Assembly (NCBI GenBank): GCA_025937235.1
Contig: JAICRU010000001.1
Location: forward strand, 7,516-71,515
Direction: 5' to 3'
Length of the DNA: 64,000 bases
Source of the DNA: Acidimicrobiia bacterium
Lineage (GTDB): Bacteria > Actinomycetota > Acidimicrobiia > Spongiisociales > ZC4RG35
The position numbers and the translations under genes were made by a program. The notes under the pieces were generated by a model that made no database searches, was not told the origin of the DNA, and saw only the letters and a program-made list of their open reading frames with translations. Shown here piece by piece: positions 18,980-27,376 of the stretch; positions within the stretch are counted from its first letter, which is position 1, and every line of letters begins with the position of its first letter.

Positions 18980-19822
18980 GTGGCCCGTTTCGCCGTGAAG
19001 ACCCCGACCCATCACACCACCTGGTCGAGCATGTCCGAGGTGTGGAAGACCGCCGACCAGATCGACGTCTTCGAGTCCGCCTGGAACTTCGACCATTTCT
19101 ATCCATTGCGAGGCGACACCTCCGGTCCATGTCTCGAGGCATGGGTCACCTTGTCCGCTCTGGCCCAAGCCACCAGCAGGATCCGGGTGGGCACGATGGT
19201 TTGTGGCATGCACTTCCGTCATCCCGCCGTGACCGCCGCGATGGCCTCCTCACTCGACATCGTCTCCGGAGGGCGGCTGGAGTTGGGCTTGGGCGCCGGG
19301 TGGTACGAGCTCGAGGCGGATGCCTACGGGTTCGAGCTGGGCACGGTCGGAGAGAGGATGACGCGATTCGAGGAGGGCACCGAGGTGATCCACCGTCTTC
19401 TCACTCAGGAGACGACCGACTTCGACGGTGAGTTCTTCACCTTGCGTGAAGCGCGCAACGAGCCGAAACCGCTCCAGGAGCCGCGACCGCCGATCGTGGT
19501 TGGGGGGCGGGGTGAGAAGCGAACCCTGCGCCTGGCGGCCCGGTATGCCTCGATGTGGGACGCCATGTTCATCGAGGACGAGCTCGACGAATGGCGTCGG
19601 CTGCGTGACGTTCTGTGGCAGCACTGCTCGGACGTTGGGCGGGATCCATCCGAGATATCCCTCTCCTCGCACCTCCGGCTCGACCCAGAGCCCGACCCGT
19701 CGGAGGTCGCGGGACGCGCAGAGGCCCTCTTCGACGCCGGCGTCGATGTTGTGCTGCTGGCTTTCACCTCCCAGCACAACGCCTCGACGGTGGAGAAGCT
19801 GGGATCGGGGCTCGCCGGCTGA
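18980..19822 (+). CDS. LLM-class (luciferase-like) F420-dependent oxidoreductase
   Basis: ...FDHFYPL..., ...RIRVGTMVCGMHFRHPAV... and ...SGGRLELGLGAGW... are typical of the family. GTG start. Confidence 0.8.
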   Translation: MARFAVKTPTHHTTWSSMSEVWKTADQIDVFESAWNFDHFYPLRGDTSGPCLEAWVTLSALAQATSRIRVGTMVCGMHFRHPAVTAAMASSLDIVSGGRLELGLGAGWYELEADAYGFELGTVGERMTRFEEGTEVIHRLLTQETTDFDGEFFTLREARNEPKPLQEPRPPIVVGGRGEKRTLRLAARYASMWDAMFIEDELDEWRRLRDVLWQHCSDVGRDPSEISLSSHLRLDPEPDPSEVAGRAEALFDAGVDVVLLAFTSQHNASTVEKLGSGLAG

Positions 19823-19915
19823 CCACCGCTTGGCGCGACGACCCTGATCCCATCGGGGGCTCCCGGGGGTGTTCCCGGATTGAGGTCACTCGTCTCGTGC
19901 GCGACCATCCCGGGG

Positions 19916-20683
19916 ATGGTGGTCAGTCCCGCCGGTTCCGACGATTCCCCCGCTGCCCCCGGGTCTTCGAGGGGTGGCCCGAAGAGAATCCTCTGGCTGC
20001 TCGCATTGGCCACCGTCGCCGTGTCGGCGCTCTTCTGGGATGAGATAGGTCGCTGGTGGGAGCAGTTCTCCTATGTCTTTGGCTCGCCGGCGGAATTCAG
20101 GGCGTGGGTCGAGGGCCTGGGCGCCTGGGGCCCGATCGCATATCTGCTTGCCCTGGCCGCCCAAGTCGTGGTCGTCCCGATCCCGGGGACCCTGTTCCCG
20201 CCTGTGGGCGCACTCGCCTTCGGCCCGTGGCCCGCCTTGGTGCTGAGCCTGGCCGGGCTGGCCCTCGGTTCTGCCCTGGTGTTCCTCGTGGCCCGGCGCT
20301 GGGGCCGCCCCGTAGCGGTGCGACTGGCCGGCGCCGAGCGAATCCGGCGATACGAAGCCGTCATCTCGGCCCGGGGCAGTCTGTTGCTTTGGCTGATCTT
20401 CCTGCTTCCGCTGCTTCCCGACGACGCCGTCTGTGCCCTGGCCGGGCTTTCCTCCATCTCATTCCGCCGCTTCATGCTGATCGCCACCGTGGGCCGGATC
20501 CCTGCGGTCGCTGCCGGGGTCTTTGGCATGGCCGGCCTCCAGGGGGCGCCGGCATGGGTATGGGCTGCTGCGGCCGCTGGTTTCGGGCTGATCGTCTGGG
20601 TAGGGATCAGGTTCGGGCCTGCCCTGGAGCGGCGTCTGGTCGGGCGGCTGAGCCGCAACGATCGGGTGACGGCCGACGAGTAG
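19916..20683 (+). CDS. TVP38/TMEM64 (DedA-related) family membrane protein
   Basis: VVVPIPGTLFPPVGALAFG...LLPLLPDDAVCALAGLS...GRIP is typical. Start uncertain (19880 or 19916). Confidence 0.7.
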   Translation: MVVSPAGSDDSPAAPGSSRGGPKRILWLLALATVAVSALFWDEIGRWWEQFSYVFGSPAEFRAWVEGLGAWGPIAYLLALAAQVVVVPIPGTLFPPVGALAFGPWPALVLSLAGLALGSALVFLVARRWGRPVAVRLAGAERIRRYEAVISARGSLLLWLIFLLPLLPDDAVCALAGLSSISFRRFMLIATVGRIPAVAAGVFGMAGLQGAPAWVWAAAAAGFGLIVWVGIRFGPALERRLVGRLSRNDRVTADE

Positions 20684-20701
20684 AAAAAGTCACATGCCTG
20701 G

Positions 20702-21055
20702 TTAGTCGTCGATAGCGCCCGGCCGGAGACCAGGACCAGGTCGCCGAGCACGAGCCGGGTCTCGATGCGCAACGTGTGCTCTCCCTGAAGTGCTCGGTGG
20801 AACCTGCTCTCCAGGTCCATCAGGTGGGGTGGGCCCGCCATTCGGGTAGTTAGCTGCCGGTCCGAACTCGAGCCTGTCTCCGGTGACCGTGTAGGACCCG
20901 TGGGAGCGATTGACCCCGACCCTCCCACTGACGTGCCCATTGTCGAAACTGACCTCACGTAGTGCCTCCGGGTCGACCTCCGCTCCATCCACCTCCACGA
21001 GGGCCCAGGCGCCATCGAGCTGGGATCGCTCCTGATCTGCTGCGGGGCGATCCTA
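20702..21055 (-). pseudogene. META (HslJ-like) domain gene remnant, frameshifted and lacking an N-terminus
   Basis: One frame gives QLDGAWALVEVDGAEVDPEALREVSFDNGHVSGRVGVNRSHGSYTVTGDRLEFGPAA. The continuation TTRMAGPPHLMDLESRFHRALQGEHTLRIETRLVLGDLVLV is in another frame. An in-frame TAG lies just upstream, and there is no signal peptide or start. Confidence 0.5.
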
Positions 21056-21092
21056 TCGATCGGGTGCGGCCAACTAGCCTCGACTGCCACGC

Positions 21093-21695
21093 ATGGCGAT
21101 CATCTCCCGAGGCTTCACCGGCAGGCGACCTGAGGTCGAATCCAACCGGCTCCCACCCGGTCAATACATCACCCATGATTTCCCGGTCCTCTCCGCCGGG
21201 CCTACCCCACGGATCGATCTCGACAGCTGGAACTTCGAGATCACGGGTTTGGTCGATGAGCCGCGATCCTGGACCTGGGAGGAGTTCAACTCACTCCCCA
21301 TGGAAACGGTGACCCAGGACATCCATTGTGTCACCAAGTGGTCGAAGCTCGACATGAACTGGACCGGAGTCTCCCTCGACGTCCTTCTCGAGAGGCTGGA
21401 GACGGACGCGACCCATCTGATGGCGCACAGCTATGGCGGATACACCACCAACCTGCCCCTCGCCGATGTAATGGGAGGTAGGTCCTGGATCGCCATCGGC
21501 CACGACAACCAGCCACTTGCTCCGGAGCATGGGGGCCCGGCACGTCTCCTCGTTCCCCATCTCTACTTCTGGAAGAGCGCCAAGTGGGTGCGGGGTATCG
21601 AGCTCATGGCCGGCGACAGACGAGGATTCTGGGAGCGCAACGGTTATCACGACTATGGCGACCCGTGGCGGGAGCAGCGGTATTGGGGAGACTGA
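21093..21695 (+). CDS. Sulfite-oxidase-like molybdopterin-binding oxidoreductase (small, YedY/MsrP-related type)
   Basis: LPPGQYITHDFPVLSAGPTP...IHCVTKWSK...WIAIGHDNQPLAPEHGGPARLLVPHLYFWKSAKWV. Confidence 0.8.
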   Translation: MAIISRGFTGRRPEVESNRLPPGQYITHDFPVLSAGPTPRIDLDSWNFEITGLVDEPRSWTWEEFNSLPMETVTQDIHCVTKWSKLDMNWTGVSLDVLLERLETDATHLMAHSYGGYTTNLPLADVMGGRSWIAIGHDNQPLAPEHGGPARLLVPHLYFWKSAKWVRGIELMAGDRRGFWERNGYHDYGDPWREQRYWGD

Positions 21696-22470
21696 TGGGG
21701 AACCGCTCTGTGCACCTCTCCACCGGCGCGGAAGTCTGAGCGGGGCCGCTCTGTACTGGCTCGCGGCAAAGGTCCTCGAAACGAGGGTCGAGACCCACCG
21801 GGTCAAGAGCATCGTCTTCGAGCGCCCGACGTGGGAGCGCCATATCCCCGGCCAGCACGTCGACATCAGGCTCACCGCGGAGGACGGGTACCAGGCACAA
21901 CGCAGCTACTCGATCGCGTCTGCTCCCGAAGACGACCATCTCGTCCTCACCGTGGAACGACTCCCGGAAGGCGAGGTCTCTCCCTACCTCTTCGATGTCA
22001 TCGAGCCGGGGGACGAGCTGGAGATGCGAGGGCCGATCGGTCTCTACTTCGTCTGGAAGTCGGTGATGGCAGAGCCGCTGCTCATGATCGCAGGGGGCTC
22101 GGGGGTCGTCCCTTTCCGAGCGATGCTGCGCCATCGCCTCGCTGCGGGCGTCGAGGTCCCGACCAGGTTGCTCTATTCGGCGCGGACGATCGACGACGTC
22201 ATCTATCGCGATGAGCTCGAGGATCGAGAGAGCTCAGACGAGACGGAGATCGTCCTGACCCTGACCCGGGAGCAGCCGGCGGGCTGGGGCGGTTACGGCC
22301 GCCGCGTCGATCGGACGATGCTGGAACAGGTCGCCTGGGATCCCGACCGGAGTCCCCGGATCTACGTCTGCGGGCCCACATCCTTCGTAGAGAAGGTGGC
22401 GAGCACCCTCGTCGACATCGGGCATCACCCGATGTCGATCCGTACCGAGCGTTTCGGCCCGACCGGTTGA
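21655..22470 (+). CDS. Ferredoxin-NADP reductase-like FAD/NAD(P)-binding oxidoreductase
   Basis: RSYSIAS (RxYS FAD motif), GGSGVVPF (NAD(P) motif) and CGPTSF. Start uncertain: the first in-frame ATG not deep inside the upstream gene is 21655, a 41-nt overlap. Confidence 0.7.
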   Translation: MATRGGSSGIGETDGEPLCAPLHRRGSLSGAALYWLAAKVLETRVETHRVKSIVFERPTWERHIPGQHVDIRLTAEDGYQAQRSYSIASAPEDDHLVLTVERLPEGEVSPYLFDVIEPGDELEMRGPIGLYFVWKSVMAEPLLMIAGGSGVVPFRAMLRHRLAAGVEVPTRLLYSARTIDDVIYRDELEDRESSDETEIVLTLTREQPAGWGGYGRRVDRTMLEQVAWDPDRSPRIYVCGPTSFVEKVASTLVDIGHHPMSIRTERFGPTG

Positions 22471-22483
22471 GACCGAGCGGTGC

Positions 22484-22837
22484 TCAGTCCGCCGTCCAGG
22501 AAAAGACAGGTTCGGGTGGAGCGAGGTGCGGTGGTGTCCGCAGCATGTCGAGGCCGTTCACGTCCTGGACGAAGCCGAGCCACCAGCGGTCGTAGGCGGA
22601 GCCATCCGGCCGCCACTCCCGTTGACGCATCCGGGCCAGACCCTCCTCGGAGATGTCGTAGACGCTGACCCCCAGGTCCCCACGGCGCCCGTGGTTTATC
22701 CAGAAGGCGTGACGGGAGACCTCGAAGCGCCGGTTGAGGTCCCCATATTCGCCCAGATGGGGCTGGAGCTCACGGGCCAGACCCCGATATCTGTCGGTCT
22801 TCCCCGACTCGATGGGGACTGCGCTGGCGAACAACAT
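22484..22837 (-). CDS. Hypothetical protein (117 aa)
   Basis: Coding-like composition. Begins at ATG 22837, 55 nt after the HK stop. The upstream part of the longest ORF (to 23131) is antisense/overlap noise. Confidence 0.5.
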   Translation of the reverse strand: MLFASAVPIESGKTDRYRGLARELQPHLGEYGDLNRRFEVSRHAFWINHGRRGDLGVSVYDISEEGLARMRQREWRPDGSAYDRWWLGFVQDVNGLDMLRTPPHLAPPEPVFSWTAD

Positions 22838-22892
22838 CCTGGGCCTTTCGGTCGACGGTGAATACTGCCATCGGGTCGACCGAGCTCGGTGT

Positions 22893-24059
22893 TCATCCCA
22901 AGGGCACCGAGAACCGGACGTCGCCTCCCGGACCCGCGCCCAGGCTGATCCGGCCACCGTGCGCTTCGACGATGCTCTTGGCGATGGCGAGCCCGAGCCC
23001 GGCGCCGCCCGACTCCCGGTTCCTCGAGTCGTCGGCCCGGGCGAAGGGGTCGAACAGCCTCTCGGCATCCTGCTCGGGGAAGCCGGGGCCCTGGTCGCGG
23101 ACGGTGGTGACCGCCTGATCACCGTCGACACCGACTACCACACGCACTTCCTCTGATGCCGGACTGTGACGGATCGCGTTGGTCAGCAGGTTGCGGAAGA
23201 CACGGCCCAAGGCGGCCGGATCCCCGTGGACCGCCACACGGCCCGGGCTCTCCACCTTCACCTCGATCGACCTCTTGGCTGCGGATGGGGTGATCGCCTC
23301 GACCGCTTCGTCGGCCAGCTCGGAGAGGTCGACTCCGATCGGGGAGAGCTCGAGACGCCCGGCATCGATACGGGCGAGCAGGAAGAGGTCGTCGACGAGA
23401 TGGCGAAGATGCTCGAGGTCGTTGCCCAGCCCGCGCAGATATGCGGGGGGATCGGGGGCAACGCCATCCTGCAGGGCCTCGACGGCAGCCTGCATCGATC
23501 CCATAGGGGTGCGCAGATCGTGCCCGATGGCGGAAAGCAGATTGCGTCGCTCGCTCTCGGACATCTGCAATGCGTCGATCATCTCGTCCAGAGCCCTGGC
23601 TGCCCGACCCAGCTCGTCGGCCCGCTCGACTCCGGTTCGGGCGGCGAGATCGCCCTGCGCCACTTGCTCGGCGGTGTGTGAGATGGCGGCCAGGTCCTTG
23701 GTCAGGGGGCGGGCGATCGCACCGGCGACGACTCCCCCGAGACCGACCCCCAAGCCGATGGCCACCAGGACCAGGGTGAGGTCGTGAGGCTCGATGAACA
23801 TGGTGAGGGCGGCCACGGCCACCACGGCCCCGGTGACGGCCACCGCGGCGAAGGCCACCACCAGCAGGCTGGTGCGCAGCGACCTGAATCGCTTGGCGAG
23901 GCGAAGAGCCACCATCGCGGCGGCGAAGGTGGCTCCGGCCATCACCCCGAAGGTGAGGTAGAGCTGACGCCGCTCTGCCCCGCTCACGTCCATGGTGAGC
24001 TCGGCCAGAAGCAGGACAATGACCAGCACCAGGAGTAGCGCCCAGGTGATCTTTCTCAT
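22893..24059 (-). CDS. Sensor histidine kinase (2 TM, HAMP, HisKA, HATPase_c)
   Basis: H-box SAIGHDLRTPM, N-box NLLTNAIRHSP, G-boxes DQGPGFP and GGAGLGLAIAKSIV. ATGA overlap with the response regulator stop. Confidence 0.9.
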   Translation of the reverse strand: MRKITWALLLVLVIVLLLAELTMDVSGAERRQLYLTFGVMAGATFAAAMVALRLAKRFRSLRTSLLVVAFAAVAVTGAVVAVAALTMFIEPHDLTLVLVAIGLGVGLGGVVAGAIARPLTKDLAAISHTAEQVAQGDLAARTGVERADELGRAARALDEMIDALQMSESERRNLLSAIGHDLRTPMGSMQAAVEALQDGVAPDPPAYLRGLGNDLEHLRHLVDDLFLLARIDAGRLELSPIGVDLSELADEAVEAITPSAAKRSIEVKVESPGRVAVHGDPAALGRVFRNLLTNAIRHSPASEEVRVVVGVDGDQAVTTVRDQGPGFPEQDAERLFDPFARADDSRNRESGGAGLGLAIAKSIVEAHGGRISLGAGPGGDVRFSVPLG

Positions 24060-24754
24060 GAGCCGAGCCGGTAGCCCACGCCCCACACGGTCTGAATCCA
24101 GCGAGGCTCCTGCGGATCGGCTTCTATCTTCTGGCGGATGCGTCGGACGTGGACCGTGACTGTGGCGGGGTCCTGCCAATCGGGCGAAGAGCCCCACACG
24201 CTCTCCAGGAGCTGGCCGCGGCTGAAGACCCTCATTGGGTTCTCGACCAGGAAGGCGAGCAGGTCGAACTCCTTGGCGGTGAAGTCGGCCACCCGGCCCT
24301 CGGCCGTGATCACTCTCCTTGCAGCGTCGACCACGAGCCCGTCGAACTCGATGGGGCCCTCGAGTTGCTTGGAGCCGGTGCGTCGCAGCACCGAGCGGAC
24401 CCGGGCAACCAGCTCCCGGGGAGAGAAGGGCTTGACCACGTAGTCGTCCGCGCCCAACTCGAGCCCGGCCACTCGGTCCGACTCTTCGGCCCGGGCCGTC
24501 AGGACGATCACCGGCAGATCCCCATGCCGTCTGATCTCGGTCAGTATCTCGATCCCCGACACGAGGGGCAGCATCAGGTCCAGGACGACGAGATCTGGCT
24601 TGAAGCCGGCGAGTTCCTTCCGGGCTGTCTCCCCGTCCCCGGCCGTCTCCACGAGGTAGCCGTCCCGGCGCAGGTAGCCGGCGACCACCTCGCGAATGCG
24701 TGGCTCGTCGTCGACGAGCAGGATGCGCTGGCCGCTCGGTGCGGTGCTGGCCAT
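24056..24754 (-). CDS. OmpR/PhoB-family response regulator
   Basis: Receiver ILLVDDEP...DLVVLDLMLP...KPF plus winged-helix tail VWGVGYRL. Start at ATG 24754 (MASTAPSGQR). Confidence 0.9.
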   Translation of the reverse strand: MASTAPSGQRILLVDDEPRIREVVAGYLRRDGYLVETAGDGETARKELAGFKPDLVVLDLMLPLVSGIEILTEIRRHGDLPVIVLTARAEESDRVAGLELGADDYVVKPFSPRELVARVRSVLRRTGSKQLEGPIEFDGLVVDAARRVITAEGRVADFTAKEFDLLAFLVENPMRVFSRGQLLESVWGSSPDWQDPATVTVHVRRIRQKIEADPQEPRWIQTVWGVGYRLGS

Positions 24755-24848
24755 GGCCCTGATGCTAAGAGGCGGCATCATCCCGGGGTCTGACCCGCGC
24801 TCGCGTTTCGGGAAGCTTCACCACTTGCCCCGATCATGTCGCGACACG

Positions 24849-24867
24849 CAACAAACGCTCAACAAAC
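24849..24867. promoter_or_regulatory. Direct repeat CAACAAAC-N3-CAACAAAC (11-bp phasing), candidate response-regulator site
   Basis: Exact 8-mers at 24849..24856 and 24860..24867 in the 184-nt divergent region between the RR gene and the fasciclin gene. Confidence 0.4.
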
Positions 24868-24938
24868 CATGAAACGGGGCCTCTCCGGCCGGTGCTCCCC
24901 ATACCTTTGGTCCGAGTCGACCCGATGGAGGATGAGAC

Positions 24939-25508
24939 ATGAACTCGAGAGCACTGGTCGTACTGGTGATGATCGCCCTGCTGGCGGCTTGTGGTGGCGG
25001 TGATGAGGGAACGACCGACACCACCGTGGAGATGATGGGCGACACCTCGTCCACTGAGGCGATGACGGATGAGGAGATGCTGAGTGAGGATGTCCTCGCC
25101 GTCGCCGAGGCCGAAGGCGACCTTGGCACCTTCCTCACCGCCATCGACTCGGCTGGGATGATGGAAGACCTGCATGGCGAGGGTCCTTTCACCGTCTTCG
25201 CCCCGACCGACAACGCGTTCGACGCATACCTCGAATCGTCGGGGATGACCCAGGAGGAGGCCCTTGCCGGCGGCGAGATGCTCCAGTCGGTGATCGGCTA
25301 TCACCTGGTGTCCATGATGGAAGACTCGGCCATGGTTATGACCATGGACGGGGATTCCCTGACCACTGTCAGCGGAGCGCCGCTCGAAGTCACCGTGGAT
25401 GGCGAGAACGTGATGGTGGGGGATGCCACCGTCCTCCGCTACGACATCGAGGCATCCAACGGGGTGATCCATGTGATCGACACGGTCCTGGCCCCGCCGC
25501 AAAGGTGA
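24939..25508 (+). CDS. Fasciclin (FAS1) domain lipoprotein
   Basis: Lipobox LLAAC, then GPFTVFAPTDNAF...IGYHLV...ASNGVIHVIDTVL. GGAGGA SD. Confidence 0.85.
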   Translation: MNSRALVVLVMIALLAACGGGDEGTTDTTVEMMGDTSSTEAMTDEEMLSEDVLAVAEAEGDLGTFLTAIDSAGMMEDLHGEGPFTVFAPTDNAFDAYLESSGMTQEEALAGGEMLQSVIGYHLVSMMEDSAMVMTMDGDSLTTVSGAPLEVTVDGENVMVGDATVLRYDIEASNGVIHVIDTVLAPPQR

Positions 25509-26068
25509 GCCGGCGCTGGCTCTTCGCCGGGGGTGCCACGGCGCTCGCCTTGGTCGCGTTCCTCCTGTTCCGCCCCGACACATTGTTCACCGAGGTCGAG
25601 ACGAGAGAGAGCCTCGAGGAGGCCTTCACCCCGACCTTGGGCACCGGCGCCTCCACAGGCACGACCACTATCGCTCCCCCGACCACCGAGCTTTCGACAT
25701 CGACGATCGGGGCTACCACGACCATCCGGCCGGCCGAGCCGACGGCCATCCAGTCCGGGCAGTTGTTCGGGATCGACCACAGCGCGCAGGGCACAGCCAC
25801 CATCTATGCACAGGGAGAGGAGTATGTGTTGCGTTTCGAGGACGACACAGACATCCAGAACGGCCCCGACCTCTACGTCTGGCTGCTGGCCGACACCCAA
25901 TACTCAGGCGGGACGCCCACCGAGTACATCGACCTGGGCACTGTGAAGGGGACGGTGGGGAGCCAGAATTATCAGCTTCCTCTCGAGTACGACCCGGCCA
26001 TCCACCGGGCCGTGCTCATCTGGTGTCGCCGGTTCGCTGTCCCATTCGCAGCGGCGCCCCTCGTTTGA
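25505..26068 (+). CDS. DM13 domain-containing protein
   Basis: N-terminal TM, Thr-rich linker, then GQLFGIDHSAQGTATIY...LRFEDDTDIQNGPDLYVWL...VLIWCRRFAVPFAAAPL. Overlaps the fasciclin gene by 4 nt. Confidence 0.7.
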   Translation: MSRRWLFAGGATALALVAFLLFRPDTLFTEVETRESLEEAFTPTLGTGASTGTTTIAPPTTELSTSTIGATTTIRPAEPTAIQSGQLFGIDHSAQGTATIYAQGEEYVLRFEDDTDIQNGPDLYVWLLADTQYSGGTPTEYIDLGTVKGTVGSQNYQLPLEYDPAIHRAVLIWCRRFAVPFAAAPLV

Positions 26069-26129
26069 ATAGCTGAGGTCTGCCAACCTCCGTAACCCTG
26101 CCGCTCGTCTACCTAATCTGGGACTCGGG

Positions 26130-27371
26130 TTGAGGCAGACTGATCACACCGAAGACGCGACCCCGGTCCGCCGACGTCTGACCTCGATCCTGTTCGTCGG
26201 TGTGGCCCTGGGGGCCACCGCCTACATCGCGGCGGTGACTGTGTCGACACTGGCTGCGGACGAGATCCTCGGCTCGGCCACCTTGTCCGGCGTGCCCAGC
26301 GCCACGGCGACGCTGGGCACCGCCCTCGGCGCCACTCTCCTCACCCGGAGTGTGGTCCGCCGTGGCCGCAGACCCGGTCTGGTGGCCGGCTACGCCACCG
26401 GCGTGATCGGTTGCGTGCTGGCGATAGTCGCATTCGGGATCGCCTCGTTTCCTCTCCTCCTGGTCGGGATGGCCCTTGTCGGGCTGGGCAACGCGTCCAG
26501 CCATCTCGCCCGATACGCCGCTGCCGAGATGTATCCCGAGGATCGACGCGGCGCCGCCCTGGGAACAGTGGTCTGGGCCGGGACCGTCGGGTCGGTCCTC
26601 GGCCCCGCTCTGCTCCAGCCTTCGGGGCGTGTCGCCCTCGACATGCGTCGATCAGAGCTGGCGGGCGGTTTTCTGATCGGCCTCGTGTTCCTGGCGGTGG
26701 CCCTCGCCATCTATCTCATCGCTCTGCGCCCCGACCCGGCCACGCTCGCTCTCGACCGTCCCGATCCCGATCAGGGCGCGCCGGCGGCTCTGGGCCCTGC
26801 TTTTCGGTTGCCGATGATCCGGGTTGCCCTGACCGCCATGATCGCCGGCCAGGTGGTGATGGTGATGATCATGACCTCCACACCGCTTCATATCCATCAT
26901 CACGGGTCTGATCTGGGCATCGTCGGATTGGTGATGAGTGCCCACACCCTGGGGATGTTCGCCCTGTCGCCGATCACGGGGCGTCTCACCGACCGATGGG
27001 GTGCGATAAGGGTGATCCTTCTCGGCATGGCACTGCTCGGGCTCTCCGCTCTCGGTGCCGCGTCTGGGCCAAGCGAGTCGACGCCCTGGCTCGTGGCAGT
27101 CCTGTTCGGCCTTGGTTATGGCTGGAACCTCGCCTTCGTCGCCGGGAGCTCCCTGCTCACGGTGGGAGTGGGCATTGAGATAAGGAGCCGTCTCCAAGGA
27201 CGGATCGACTCCCTTACCTGGGTATCGGCCGCCCTGGCCAGTATCTCCTCCGGTGTGATCTACCAAGCGACCGACTACACCATGATCTCGGTGATCGGAT
27301 TGCTCCTGCTAGCCGTTCCCGCCTACGTCGTCGTGCGCAATCGGAAGGCGCCATTGGCCGTTGGGGCCTGA
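26130..27371 (+). CDS. MFS transporter
   Basis: 413 aa, about 12 predicted TM helices, with MFS loop motif around YPEDRRGAALG. TTG start. Confidence 0.8.
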   Translation: MRQTDHTEDATPVRRRLTSILFVGVALGATAYIAAVTVSTLAADEILGSATLSGVPSATATLGTALGATLLTRSVVRRGRRPGLVAGYATGVIGCVLAIVAFGIASFPLLLVGMALVGLGNASSHLARYAAAEMYPEDRRGAALGTVVWAGTVGSVLGPALLQPSGRVALDMRRSELAGGFLIGLVFLAVALAIYLIALRPDPATLALDRPDPDQGAPAALGPAFRLPMIRVALTAMIAGQVVMVMIMTSTPLHIHHHGSDLGIVGLVMSAHTLGMFALSPITGRLTDRWGAIRVILLGMALLGLSALGAASGPSESTPWLVAVLFGLGYGWNLAFVAGSSLLTVGVGIEIRSRLQGRIDSLTWVSAALASISSGVIYQATDYTMISVIGLLLLAVPAYVVVRNRKAPLAVGA

Positions 27372-27376
27372 CCCGG

